Of a stretch of DNA of 64,000 nucleotides, positions 1-9,263 are shown piece after piece (position 1 is the stretch's first letter; every line of letters begins with the position of its first letter). The stretch comes from an uncultured Candidatus Micrarchaeota archaeon (GTDB lineage Archaea > Micrarchaeota > Micrarchaeia > Anstonellales > Bilamarchaeaceae): positions 24,765 to 88,764 of the forward strand of contig CAWDBH010000010.1 of assembly GCA_963800555.1 (NCBI GenBank), read 5' to 3'. Below the pieces are notes generated by a model. The model ran no database searches. It was not told where the DNA came from and saw nothing but the letters and a program-made list of their open reading frames with translations. Both the position numbers and the translations under genes were made by a program.

Positions 1-1
1 T

Positions 2-274
2 ACGAAGAACTTCAAGCTCATCTATGCCCACTTCCCGATCTCGATAGAGGTCAAGGGCAGCGATGTCACGATAAAGAACTTCCTTGGCGAGAAGATGGCC
101 AGGAAGACGGTCCTTATCGGAAACACGAAAGTCCAAGCCAAGGGCCAGAGCGTAACTGTCTCGGGTGCGGACAAAGAGGCGGTCGGACAGACGATCGCGA
201 ACCTCAGGACCGCCATGAAGATAAAGGACAAGGACTCCCGCATCTTCCAGGACGGAATTTACGAGGTTGATTAG
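2..274 (+). CDS. rpl6: 50S ribosomal protein uL6, C-terminal fragment (5' end outside window)
   Basis: Frame-2 translation TKNFKLIYAHFPISIEVKGSDVTIKNFLGEK...KDSRIFQDGIYEVD* reads as a uL6 C-terminus. It lies directly upstream of eL32-eL19-uL18, as in archaeal spc clusters. It is absent from the ORF track because there is no start codon in the window. Confidence 0.85.
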   Translation, partial: TKNFKLIYAHFPISIEVKGSDVTIKNFLGEKMARKTVLIGNTKVQAKGQSVTVSGADKEAVGQTIANLRTAMKIKDKDSRIFQDGIYEVD

Positions 275-296
275 TCCTCTCAACAGGTGTATGATT

Positions 297-770
297 ATGG
301 AAGTCAAAAGGAAAAACAAACCGAAATTCAATGTCCCGAACCTGGGATTCTTCAAGAGCGTCAAGGCGCGGTGGAGGAAACCGAGGGGAACCCACAACAA
401 GAAGAGGATGAAAGCGAGCTTCATGGGCGCTTCCCCGAAGATCGGCTACCGCAACCCGCCATCGATCCGCGGGCTGCACCCCAGCGGCATGAAAGAGGTA
501 ATCGTGAACAATGTCAAAGAGATCGAGAACCTCAAGGACGTGGTCGTGAGGATCGCATCCTCCGTAGGTGGCAAGAAGCGCGCGCTCATCGAGGAGAAGG
601 CGAAAGCCCTTCATCTCAGGATAGTCAACATGGTTTCTGCCAAGGACGCTCCGAAAGAGTGGAAGGCGAAAGAGCCATCCAAGGACGTTAAAACCGTGGC
701 GCAAAAAGCTCCGAAAACCGAGGGCCAGAAGAAAGCCGCCAATGCAGAGAAGATTCACAAAGCGAAGTGA
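297..770 (+). CDS. rpl32e: 50S ribosomal protein eL32
   Basis: ORF 267..770. MEVKRKNKPKFNVPNLGFFKSVKARWRKPRGTHNKKR is an eL32-type N-terminus. Start placed at in-frame ATG 297. Lys-rich tail. Synteny between uL6 and eL19. Confidence 0.9.
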   Translation: MEVKRKNKPKFNVPNLGFFKSVKARWRKPRGTHNKKRMKASFMGASPKIGYRNPPSIRGLHPSGMKEVIVNNVKEIENLKDVVVRIASSVGGKKRALIEEKAKALHLRIVNMVSAKDAPKEWKAKEPSKDVKTVAQKAPKTEGQKKAANAEKIHKAK

Positions 771-775
771 TCAAT

Positions 776-1327
776 ATGACGATTGCAACTGTACGGAGAC
801 TCGCCGCTGACATAATGGACGTGGGCGAGAACAAGGTGAAGATAAGCCCGGACGGGCTCAAGGAAGCGGAAGGCGCGCTCACGAGGAGCGATGTCCGGGG
901 CCTAATAAGCAAGGGGATAATAAAGAAGCTCCCGCCCCAGGGCAGGGCTAGCACCAAGCGAGTCGGCCGAACTGGCCACGGCCGCAGGCGCGGCACTCCG
1001 ATAAGCCACAAGGACGCTTGGATGCAGAAGATACGCTCGCAGAGGAATGTCTACCACATGCTCGTCGAATCCGGCGCTCTGAAGCAGGAATCGAAAAGGG
1101 TCGTCTACAGCAAGATAAAGAGCGGCATGCTCAGGAGCAAGAGGGCGCTACTGATATATCTCAAAGAGGCGAACCTGGTCCCGAAGGATCTCGAGCTCCC
1201 CAAGAAAGAGTTCAAGCAGAAAGTCCAGAAGAAGGCGGTCGCCCCAGCCAAGGCTCCAGCACCGGTAGCGAAACCCGCAGAGCAGGCGCGCAAGCCAGAG
1301 AGCAGCAAGAAAGGTGAACGAAAATGA
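776..1327 (+). CDS. rpl19e: 50S ribosomal protein eL19
   Basis: MTIATVRRLAADIMDVGENKVKISP...GHGRRRGT. GTG 767 overlaps the eL32 stop; ATG 776 was chosen as the start. Confidence 0.9.
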   Translation: MTIATVRRLAADIMDVGENKVKISPDGLKEAEGALTRSDVRGLISKGIIKKLPPQGRASTKRVGRTGHGRRRGTPISHKDAWMQKIRSQRNVYHMLVESGALKQESKRVVYSKIKSGMLRSKRALLIYLKEANLVPKDLELPKKEFKQKVQKKAVAPAKAPAPVAKPAEQARKPESSKKGERK

Positions 1328-1821
1328 CGGAAGCCACTGGTCCTAGTTTCAGGGTCCATTTCAGGAGAAGGAGAGAGGGCAAGACCAATTTCGCCAAAAG
1401 GCTCGCTCTGGTCAAAAGCGGCAAGACCCGCATGGTCGTGCGCCGGAGCAATTCCGGAGTCCTGGTCCAATTCGTGGATTTCGATCCGAAAGGGGATAAG
1501 ACCATCCTCACGATAAGCGGCGTCCACCTCACGAAAGGATACAAATGGCCTTCGAGGAGGAACGTCTGGACGGCGTATCTGGCCGGACTGATGGCGGGGA
1601 AGCTCGCACACAAGAAAGGCGTGAAGGAGTTCGTGCTCGACATGGGTATGTACACCCCATCCAAAGGCTCGGTGATATTCGCTGCACAGAAGGGCGCCTC
1701 GGACGCGGGCTTGATAACCAAGATCGACAAGGACAAGGTCCCGGAGCAGAAGATCTCCAACCCGCCGGACAAATACAAGTCCATGTTCAGCGAGGTCAAG
1801 AGCAAGATAATCGCAGGGTGA
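1324..1821 (+). CDS. rpl18: 50S ribosomal protein uL18
   Basis: FRVHFRRRREGKTNFAKRLALVKSGKTRMVVRRSN is a typical archaeal uL18 N-terminus. The start overlaps the eL19 stop. Confidence 0.9.
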   Translation: MTEATGPSFRVHFRRRREGKTNFAKRLALVKSGKTRMVVRRSNSGVLVQFVDFDPKGDKTILTISGVHLTKGYKWPSRRNVWTAYLAGLMAGKLAHKKGVKEFVLDMGMYTPSKGSVIFAAQKGASDAGLITKIDKDKVPEQKISNPPDKYKSMFSEVKSKIIAG

Positions 1822-1822
1822 A

Positions 1823-2455
1823 ATGCTTATGGTGGAAAAAGTCAGGACAGTAGACAAGGAATCATGGAAGCCCCGCACTTTGATGGGCTCCAAGGTCAAG
1901 AACGGCGAGATCACTACGGTCGAAGACCTGCTCAACCTGGGGAAGCCAGTCCTCGAGCCGGAGATCATCGACGTTCTCCTGCCGGACATGGAATCGGAGA
2001 CCCTGCAGGTGAAGACGACCCAGCGTGTCACCGACTCGGGCAAGAGGACGAAATTCCGCGTGGTCACAGTCGTAGGGGACAGGAAAGGCCATGTCGGACT
2101 CGGCGTAGGGAAGAGCGACGAGCTCAAGCCTGCTATGGACTACGCTGTCCGGAACGCCAAGAAGCACATGATCGCGATCAAGACCGGATGCGGCAGCTGG
2201 GAATGCAAATGCTCAAATAAGCATTCAGTCCCGTTGAAATCCGTCGGGAAGGAAGGAAGCACGCTGATCACGCTGAAGCCGGCTCCGCGCGGAGTCGGAC
2301 TCGCAGGCAACGATGTCGTGCGGAAAGTGCTCGGCATCGCGGGAGTGAAAGACGTCTGGAGCTCCATGCAGGGCGGCAAGAACGTCTATAACATGGCATC
2401 AGCCACGATGAAGGCGCTCGACAGCCTGAACCTGCTCAAAGCTAAAGCAGAATAA
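1823..2455 (+). CDS. rps5: 30S ribosomal protein uS5
   Basis: VVGDRKGHVGLGVGKSDELKPAMDYAVRNAKKHMI and GVGLAGNDVVRKVLGIAGVKDVW. Position after uL18. Confidence 0.9.
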   Translation: MLMVEKVRTVDKESWKPRTLMGSKVKNGEITTVEDLLNLGKPVLEPEIIDVLLPDMESETLQVKTTQRVTDSGKRTKFRVVTVVGDRKGHVGLGVGKSDELKPAMDYAVRNAKKHMIAIKTGCGSWECKCSNKHSVPLKSVGKEGSTLITLKPAPRGVGLAGNDVVRKVLGIAGVKDVWSSMQGGKNVYNMASATMKALDSLNLLKAKAE

Positions 2456-2466
2456 ACACGGTGATT

Positions 2467-2901
2467 ATGATGAAAATCGCGGTATTGCGCATCCGGGGGG
2501 TCCGGAATGTGAAGCCAAACATACGGAAGACATTCGAGCTTCTCCTGCTCTTGAAGCCGAACAACTGCATACTCGTGGAGGACACCCCGCAGAACATGGG
2601 GATGGTCGAGCTGGTGAAGGACTATGCGACCTTCGGCCCGGTCAGCGAGCCGACGGTGCTCTCGCTCCTGGAGAAAAGAGGCATGAAAGGGAGCGCGCAC
2701 CTTAAAGCGGTGCTCAAGCCCGAAGAGATCAAGAAGGCCGCCAAGGAGATATTCGGGGGTAAGAAATCCTCCGAGTTCGCGAACCCGGTCTTCAAGCTAT
2801 CGCCCCCGTCCAAAGGATTCGGTGACAAGAAAGCTCCATATCCTAACGGCGAGCTCGGCAGAAGGGGAGAGATGGATACGATCCTGAAGCGCATGATTTG
2901 A
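2467..2901 (+). CDS. rpl30: 50S ribosomal protein uL30
   Basis: IAVLRIRGVRNVKPNIRKTFELLLLLKPNNCILV. GTG 2461, ATG 2467 and ATG 2470 are all possible starts. Confidence 0.85.
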   Translation: MMKIAVLRIRGVRNVKPNIRKTFELLLLLKPNNCILVEDTPQNMGMVELVKDYATFGPVSEPTVLSLLEKRGMKGSAHLKAVLKPEEIKKAAKEIFGGKKSSEFANPVFKLSPPSKGFGDKKAPYPNGELGRRGEMDTILKRMI

Positions 2902-2915
2902 ACGGTGATTCTCAT

Positions 2916-3344
2916 ATGATAAAAAGGAAAGAGAGGCAGAAAAAAGGGTATCTGGGCCACCGCTCCCACGGGAGAGGCAACGTCAAGAACAGGAGAGGCA
3001 GCGGGAACCGCGGAGGCCGCGGCATGGCTGGCATCGACAAGCACAAGTGGAGCTGGGCCATGGTGAACGCGCCGAATTATTTCGGCAAGTTCGGCTTCAA
3101 AAGGCCGGTCCAGTCGAAGAAGGTCCCGATCGTGCATCTCTTCGAGATAAACCAGCAGGCGATAACGAACAAGCTGGAGAAGAAGGGGGGCAAGTTCCAC
3201 TTCGAGTTCAAAGGGAAGGTGCTGGCGAGCGGGAACGTCACAGTCCCGCTGTCCATACGCGCCGACTCGTGGAGCAAGAACGTGGAGAAGAAGGTCGGCG
3301 AAGCTGGCGGCGAGATCTCGAAATTGGAGACCGCCAAGGCATAG
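2916..3344 (+). CDS. rpl15: 50S ribosomal protein uL15
   Basis: GHRSHGRGNVKNRRGSGNRGGRGMAGIDKHKWS is the Gly/Arg-rich uL15 N-terminus. ATG 2916 chosen; the ORF opens at TTG 2898. Confidence 0.85.
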   Translation: MIKRKERQKKGYLGHRSHGRGNVKNRRGSGNRGGRGMAGIDKHKWSWAMVNAPNYFGKFGFKRPVQSKKVPIVHLFEINQQAITNKLEKKGGKFHFEFKGKVLASGNVTVPLSIRADSWSKNVEKKVGEAGGEISKLETAKA

Positions 3345-3349
3345 CAGCA

Positions 3350-3357
3350 TTTATAAA
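3350..3357 (+). promoter_or_regulatory. putative TATA box (TTTATAAA) upstream of secY
   Basis: Palindromic 8-mer TTTATAAA in the uL15-secY spacer, about 66 nt upstream of the secY ATG. The same 8-mer recurs before other genes in this window. Confidence 0.35.
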
Positions 3358-3419
3358 TCTTTAAATCCTTTTCAGGAAGCAATCGCATCAGAAATGATAA
3401 TAGGTCGGGGTTCATATTC

Positions 3420-4910
3420 ATGGGATTAATCGACATATTGCACTCGATAGCCGGCTATCTTCCCGAGATAAAAGCTCCGGAGAAGCCGATCGGCACCAGG
3501 GACATGCTGATCTGGACCGGCCTGGCCTTGATATTGTATTTCATGATGTTGGAGACGACAGCATTCGGTGTCATGCCGCTGACTGGCGGCACGGACTTCC
3601 TCCAGACGATCACGGCATCCAAGGTGGGCAGCCTCCTTACGACGGGTATCGGCCCCATAGTGCTCGCGAGCATATTCCTGCAGCTGTTCGTGGGGGCCGG
3701 CTTCCTCGACATGGACCTCAAGGACAAGACGCAGAGAGCCAAATTCCTCGAGGTGCAGAAGATCCTCGCGATCATGCTCGCGATAATCGAAGCCCTCATA
3801 TACGTGGTTTTCAGCGGCATGGTCCCTGTCGCGACGGTGCCCGGAATGAGCCACGGCCTCGTGGTTGGCCTGGTGGTCCTCCAGATCACGCTCGGTTCGG
3901 TGTTCGTCCTCTACCTGGATGAGCTGGTGACGAAATACGGGATAGGGAGCGGCATAAGCCTGTTCATCGCTGCAGGCGTGGCATTGACGATATTCACAGG
4001 CCTCTTCGGTCTCATCTTCGGTTCCGGCGGCTTCGTGCCTACGATCGCGGATGGCGGCGCCGGAGCGCTTCCAGACGGCCTCATCACCCTGCTCCCGTTC
4101 GGCTTCACAGTCCTGGTATTCCTCGTAGTGGTCTACATGGAATCCGTCAAGGTAGAGATACCCATAGCCTTCGAGCGCGTCCGCGGCATGGCCCCGAAGC
4201 TTCCGCTCAAGTTCTTCTACACCTCTAACATCCCGGTCATATTCGCCTTGGCGCTGATCACGAACATGCAGCTTTTCTCAGGCACCATCCTCATCGGCCA
4301 ATATTGGAATGGGACCACCAATGCGCCCATGCCGGCATACTTGAACCTCACTAACACGAATGATTACAATATGAGCAGGGATGGGATCCTGCCTTTGATA
4401 GGGCATGTGAGTTCGCAGCGATATCTTGACGATGGTATCCTCTATCTATTAAGCCCCATGCGCCTGTCTACAGTCACGACAGAGCATTGGTCGTTCCTCA
4501 CAACCGATACGCCATATCTGCATGTCCCCGAATGGATGCATGCGATCATATACATAATATTCCTTTCCAGCGTATCGGTATTGTTCGGCCTTTTCTGGGT
4601 CGAGACATCCAACATGGATGCGAAGAGCGTAGCCAAGCAGCTCTCGGAGTCGGGCATACAGATACCCGGTTTCAGGCGCGACCCTAGGATGCTGGAGATG
4701 ATCCTGAACAAGCACATATTCCCGCTGACGGTGATGGGTTCCGCTTGCGTCGGCATCCTCTCGGGCGTCGCGGACCTCACAGGCGCGCTGGGCACTGGGA
4801 CGGGAATCCTCCTTACGGTGGGTATCCTGCACAGGATGTACGAGCAGCTCGAGCAGATGAAGACGTTCGAGATGTATCCGAGCTTCAACAAGATTTTCGG
4901 AGAAGGATAA
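3420..4910 (+). CDS. secY: protein translocase subunit SecY
   Basis: 496-aa multi-TM ORF directly after uL15. It carries an Asn/Thr-rich insertion (QYWNGTTNAPMPAYLNLTNTNDYN...) between TM segments. Confidence 0.9.
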   Translation: MGLIDILHSIAGYLPEIKAPEKPIGTRDMLIWTGLALILYFMMLETTAFGVMPLTGGTDFLQTITASKVGSLLTTGIGPIVLASIFLQLFVGAGFLDMDLKDKTQRAKFLEVQKILAIMLAIIEALIYVVFSGMVPVATVPGMSHGLVVGLVVLQITLGSVFVLYLDELVTKYGIGSGISLFIAAGVALTIFTGLFGLIFGSGGFVPTIADGGAGALPDGLITLLPFGFTVLVFLVVVYMESVKVEIPIAFERVRGMAPKLPLKFFYTSNIPVIFALALITNMQLFSGTILIGQYWNGTTNAPMPAYLNLTNTNDYNMSRDGILPLIGHVSSQRYLDDGILYLLSPMRLSTVTTEHWSFLTTDTPYLHVPEWMHAIIYIIFLSSVSVLFGLFWVETSNMDAKSVAKQLSESGIQIPGFRRDPRMLEMILNKHIFPLTVMGSACVGILSGVADLTGALGTGTGILLTVGILHRMYEQLEQMKTFEMYPSFNKIFGEG

Positions 4911-4952
4911 TCCTATTTTTTCCCCTCAGCGCTGGATAGCGGAGATTTACCA

Positions 4953-6227
4953 ATGGCGCGGATCTATCTGGAAACCTACGGCTGCACCCTCAACCAGGCG
5001 GACAGCGACATCATCAGGGCATTGCTGATCGGCAAGCATTCTTTCACCGAGAGCGAGGATGGCAGCGACGTAGTGATAATAAACACCTGCACCGTCAAGG
5101 GGGCGACAGAGGATAAGATAACCCAGAGGATAAAGACCCTGCGTTCCCTAGGCCATCGTATCATAGTGGCAGGCTGTCTCGGCGTGAACGAGAAGAAGGT
5201 AAGGCGGATCGCGCCGGAAGCGCCGATAGTCGCCCCATCCTCGCTCGTCCATATCAACGATGCCATAGATGACGCGCTTTCCGGCCGCATCAGCGTTTAT
5301 CGGGATCCGGACGGAAAGGACGGATTGCCGATACTCCTCACTGCGCCTATCGCGCGCATACCCATAAGCGAAGGATGCACCTCTTCCTGCTTCTTCTGCC
5401 AGACCAAGCTCGCGAGGCCCTATCTGCGCAGCTTCTCGCCTAAGACAGTGGTGAAATGGATGAATGAGGCTGTCCGCAAGGGAGCCAAGGAGATCCAGCT
5501 GACAAGCCAGGATTCAGGGGCGTATGGGCTGGACATCAAGACCGACCTAGCATCTCTCCTGGATCTGATCTTGAACGACGACAGCTCATCGAAATCGGAC
5601 GGCGAGTTCTTCATACGCCTGGGCATGATAAATCCCAACCACGCGAAGCGGATGCTCCCCGGCCTTATAAGAGCGCTCAAGAATAAAAAATTCTACAAAT
5701 TCCTCCACATACCAGTCCAGACCGGAAGCGAGAGGATATGCAAAGCTATGAACCGCGACCACACCGTGAAGGATTTCATCGATATCGTGGACGCCGTGAG
5801 GACGGAGATACCAGAGGTCACCATCATGACGGATGTCATAGTCGGCTACCCGGGTGAGAGCGAAGAAGATTACAAAGCCACATTGAAGCTCTTGGAGCGT
5901 ACCAAACCGGACGTGACCAACGTATCAAGATTCAGTCCCAGGCCAGGAACGAAGGCGGCCGAGATGGAGCAACTGACGAATGCCGTCGTGAAGCGTCGGA
6001 GCACCGAATGCTTCGCACTGGTCAGGAAGATAAGCTCTGATTCGAACCAGCCTTTCGTTGGCAGGACGATCCGGGTGATGATGACCGAGAAGGATAGGGA
6101 TTACAAAGGAAGGGACATCAACTACTGCCAGGTGGTTGTGAAAAGATTTAAAGGCAATATCGGAGATACTATAAATGTAAAGATAACTAGCGCCAACCAC
6201 GGATCGTTATTCGGAGAGTTGGCCTGA
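4953..6227 (+). CDS. MiaB/MtaB-like tRNA methylthiotransferase (radical SAM, archaeal CDKAL1-type)
   Basis: UPF0004-type N-domain (IYLETYGCTLNQADSD), radical SAM motif EGCTSSCFFC, and a C-terminal TRAM-like region. Confidence 0.8.
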   Translation: MARIYLETYGCTLNQADSDIIRALLIGKHSFTESEDGSDVVIINTCTVKGATEDKITQRIKTLRSLGHRIIVAGCLGVNEKKVRRIAPEAPIVAPSSLVHINDAIDDALSGRISVYRDPDGKDGLPILLTAPIARIPISEGCTSSCFFCQTKLARPYLRSFSPKTVVKWMNEAVRKGAKEIQLTSQDSGAYGLDIKTDLASLLDLILNDDSSSKSDGEFFIRLGMINPNHAKRMLPGLIRALKNKKFYKFLHIPVQTGSERICKAMNRDHTVKDFIDIVDAVRTEIPEVTIMTDVIVGYPGESEEDYKATLKLLERTKPDVTNVSRFSPRPGTKAAEMEQLTNAVVKRRSTECFALVRKISSDSNQPFVGRTIRVMMTEKDRDYKGRDINYCQVVVKRFKGNIGDTINVKITSANHGSLFGELA

Positions 6228-6238
6228 AGGTGCATGGC

Positions 6239-6769
6239 ATGATTATCGCGTTGGGAGTTCCGGGAGCGGGAAAGACGACTGTCCTCAAAGGGCTGAAGGG
6301 CGAATACAAGGTTGTCAACTACGGCGACCTGATGCTCGAGATCGAGAAGAAGGAGTTCGGCATCAAGGAGCGGGATGAGATGCGCAAGCTCCCTATAGAG
6401 AAGCAGAAGCTGGCGCAGAAGCTCGTCGCGGAGGCGCTCGCTAAGATGCACGGCAAGGTCATACTCGATACACATTGCTCGGTCGCGACGCCTTCAGGCT
6501 ACTATCCGGGGTTGCCATTCGAGTTCCTCAGGCTCTGGAAAGTCGAGGCCCTGGTGTATGTCACAGCCGGAGTGGACGAGCTGAAATCCAGGCGGGAGAA
6601 CGACCCGACCAGGAAAAGGGACGTGGACGACATAGCGCTGCACGACGAGATGAACAAGGGATATCTAGCGGCTTATTCGGCATTCACCGGAGCGCCCGCG
6701 GTCGTCATCTACAACCACAACGGGAAGCTCGAGGAAGCGATGGCGAAGTTCCAGGCGATCCTGAAATAA
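6239..6769 (+). CDS. adkA: archaeal-type adenylate kinase
   Basis: N-terminal P-loop GVPGAGKTTV, ~176 aa, located downstream of secY as in archaeal spc clusters. ATG 6239 preferred over GTG 6230. Confidence 0.8.
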   Translation: MIIALGVPGAGKTTVLKGLKGEYKVVNYGDLMLEIEKKEFGIKERDEMRKLPIEKQKLAQKLVAEALAKMHGKVILDTHCSVATPSGYYPGLPFEFLRLWKVEALVYVTAGVDELKSRRENDPTRKRDVDDIALHDEMNKGYLAAYSAFTGAPAVVIYNHNGKLEEAMAKFQAILK

Positions 6770-6840
6770 TCGTCCCTTGCAAGTGCTAGTTGGTTGCCGA
6801 TAGCTGGCGCACGCCCTGGCCCTTCTGCAACAAGAAGAAC

Positions 6841-7887
6841 CTAGGGCTCGTTCCGAGCCCATTCAGAAGCCACGAGGCCCGGAGGCATGTATTCTAACGG
6901 CTCGAAACCCATTTTCGTCAAATCAGGGAAATGATCTACGATGTAGAGGTCCGTTATCAGCGTCTTAGGTTCCGGAAGCGACCCTAGCAGTTCTTCAATC
7001 AATACAAAACGTTCGGTCCGGCCGAAGAAATCTTTTGCTGGGCACTTTAATTCTGCCAGCAACTTACCTGCATCATCCTCGGTCGACGCCACTTTCCTAA
7101 GAATCCCTTCGAGTCCTTCAGGCCAAGTTCTTTCTTCATACCTGTCATCGAGCTTTACGGAAGCCAATTCCAACATTTCCAGCGCTGGTTTCATGAAAAT
7201 CAGCGGGAATCCACGCGAAACACGATTGGCTCCGAACCGTTCGTAGAACCAGTCACGCACCCGCTCGATTTTTCCCCAATCCCCCATTTCACGCAGAAAA
7301 ACCACGTCGTCCTTTAATCGGGGTTCTAGTTCTAACATATCATCCTCTCCGGTTTCCCTCATTCTATCCATGAGATTCTGAAGGAGTTGCGCGCATTGGT
7401 TCATGCGTGGGATGCTGCTTCCAACCAAGAGGGCTTCAGTCACCCATCCGGGCCTGTCTTGATTACCAATCATGCTGGGAATCATGCTGGGATGGGCAAG
7501 GAGAACCATCAGCGTACGAATAACATACTCCGCACCAAGGGGAGTCGATGAATCCTCATCCCTCAACTTTATTGCTGCATCCAATATATCCAGAGGAAAA
7601 TAAGTCGTGGTCATAGGCACTATGCCATCTGTTTCCATCTCTTTGCGCATACGAAATTCATATCGTTTCATTATTTCATCTAAACTGGCAACCCCTACGA
7701 TCTCGGGCAGGTCCGGTACTCTCTCCCTTAATGTCGCATAGGCCTCTCTCATAGCATTCGTTTCAGGGTCTCCTCTGTATTTGGAAAAGATGCTCGAAAT
7801 GCTATTAAGCCTGAATTTATCGGCATATGGCGTATAGATTATCCGTAGTGGTGGCATAGTTTCGATAAATATTCGTAGTAAATGCAT
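6841..7887 (-). CDS. hypothetical protein (ORFan, lower GC than its neighbours)
   Basis: 348-aa uninterrupted ORF with no motif I recognise. One 60-nt line hand-counts to about 42% GC against the mid-50s of flanking genes. Confidence 0.55.
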   Translation of the reverse strand: MHLLRIFIETMPPLRIIYTPYADKFRLNSISSIFSKYRGDPETNAMREAYATLRERVPDLPEIVGVASLDEIMKRYEFRMRKEMETDGIVPMTTTYFPLDILDAAIKLRDEDSSTPLGAEYVIRTLMVLLAHPSMIPSMIGNQDRPGWVTEALLVGSSIPRMNQCAQLLQNLMDRMRETGEDDMLELEPRLKDDVVFLREMGDWGKIERVRDWFYERFGANRVSRGFPLIFMKPALEMLELASVKLDDRYEERTWPEGLEGILRKVASTEDDAGKLLAELKCPAKDFFGRTERFVLIEELLGSLPEPKTLITDLYIVDHFPDLTKMGFEPLEYMPPGLVASEWARNEP

Positions 7888-7985
7888 TTATATGTTTGCA
7901 AAAACGTTTTTCCCCAGCTTCTTGGTCTGGTCAGTTTTGCGTGACCGGCGCAATAATCTTAAACTCTTTTCAACAACTGATACTT

Positions 7986-9263
7986 ATGCTAGACATCAAG
8001 CTCATCAGGGACTCTCCGGCCACGATACGCGCTGCCCTGGAGAACAGGAACTCATCGCAAGACACTTTCGACTTATTGAGCAAGATAGAATCATTGGACA
8101 CCCAATGGCGCTCGATCAAGAAGGAGGAGGAAATCCTGCGCTCCGAGCGCAACAAGCTCAGCCTCATCATCAACGAGAGGAAGAAGAAAGGCGAGACGAT
8201 AGAAGCCGAGATCGCGCGCTCAGGGGAGATCGCAGCGAGGATCAAGCAGATCACGATAGAGACCACCACCCTCGAGGACCAGATAAAGATAGAGGCGCTC
8301 ATGATCCCGAACATCCCGGACGCATCCGTGCCGATAGGGAAGGACGAGACTTGCAACCCCGTGGTCAGGAAATGGGGCGAACCGTCGAAACGCTCGGCCG
8401 ATGTCCTCGACCACCACACCTTGGGGGAGAAAAGCGGCATGATAGACTTCGAACGAGGCGTGAAACTCGCCCAGCACCGCTTCTCCGTGCTTTCCGGCCC
8501 TTTGGCCAAGATGGAGCGCGCCCTCACAAATTTCATGCTTTCCGTGCAGGTATCCAAAGGCTACAAGGAATATTCCCCGCCTTATCTGGTGAACACCAAG
8601 ACGATGACGGGCACGGGCCAGCTCCCCAAATTCGCCGAAGAGCTATACAAGACGCAAGAGGATCTATGGCTGATCCCGACAGCGGAGGTTCCGCTCACCA
8701 ATCTCTATGCAGGGGAGGTCGTCGAAGAGAAATCCCTTCCAGTGAAGATGACCGCATATACGCCGAGCTTCCGCAGGGAGGCCGGAGCCTATGGCAAGGA
8801 CATCCGCGGCCTCATCCGCCAGCATCAGTTCGACAAGGTCGAGCTGGTGAAGCTCTCCCACCCGGAGCGCAGCTTCGAGGAATTGGAGGCCATGACGAGA
8901 GATGCGGAGAACATCCTCCAGCTGCTGGGTCTCCCGTACCAGGTGATACAATTGTGCACCGGGGATATGGGCTTCGCGAGCGCGAAGACGTACGATATCG
9001 AGGTATGGCTTCCGAGCCAGGACCGCTATCGCGAGATATCCTCCTGTTCCAATTGCACCGATTTCCAGGCGAGAAGGGCCAATATAAAATTCCGGAACTC
9101 AAAAAGCGGCGGTTTGGATTTCGTCCATACATTGAATGGCAGCGGTCTCGCGGTCGGGAGGACTCTCGTCGCGATTCTCGAGAACTACCAAGAGGACAAG
9201 AAAATCATTCTGGTGCCGAAGGCCCTGCAGGACTTCATGGGCCAGGAATCGATAGAGATATGA
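7986..9263 (+). CDS. serS: seryl-tRNA synthetase
   Basis: Class II motifs FRREAGAYGKDIRGLIRQHQFDKVE, TAEVPLTNLY and GSGLAVGRTLVAILENYQ, plus an N-terminal coiled-coil arm. Start set at MLDIKLIR; the in-frame upstream extension from 7896 looks non-homologous. Confidence 0.9.
   Translation: MLDIKLIRDSPATIRAALENRNSSQDTFDLLSKIESLDTQWRSIKKEEEILRSERNKLSLIINERKKKGETIEAEIARSGEIAARIKQITIETTTLEDQIKIEALMIPNIPDASVPIGKDETCNPVVRKWGEPSKRSADVLDHHTLGEKSGMIDFERGVKLAQHRFSVLSGPLAKMERALTNFMLSVQVSKGYKEYSPPYLVNTKTMTGTGQLPKFAEELYKTQEDLWLIPTAEVPLTNLYAGEVVEEKSLPVKMTAYTPSFRREAGAYGKDIRGLIRQHQFDKVELVKLSHPERSFEELEAMTRDAENILQLLGLPYQVIQLCTGDMGFASAKTYDIEVWLPSQDRYREISSCSNCTDFQARRANIKFRNSKSGGLDFVHTLNGSGLAVGRTLVAILENYQEDKKIILVPKALQDFMGQESIEI

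Noticed and set aside
1105-2127. 340-aa minus-strand ORF and other long antisense ORFs across the ribosomal protein cluster
   Set aside because: They lie antisense to uL18/uS5, which have unmistakable ribosomal signatures. They are Ser/Arg/Leu-rich off-frame products.
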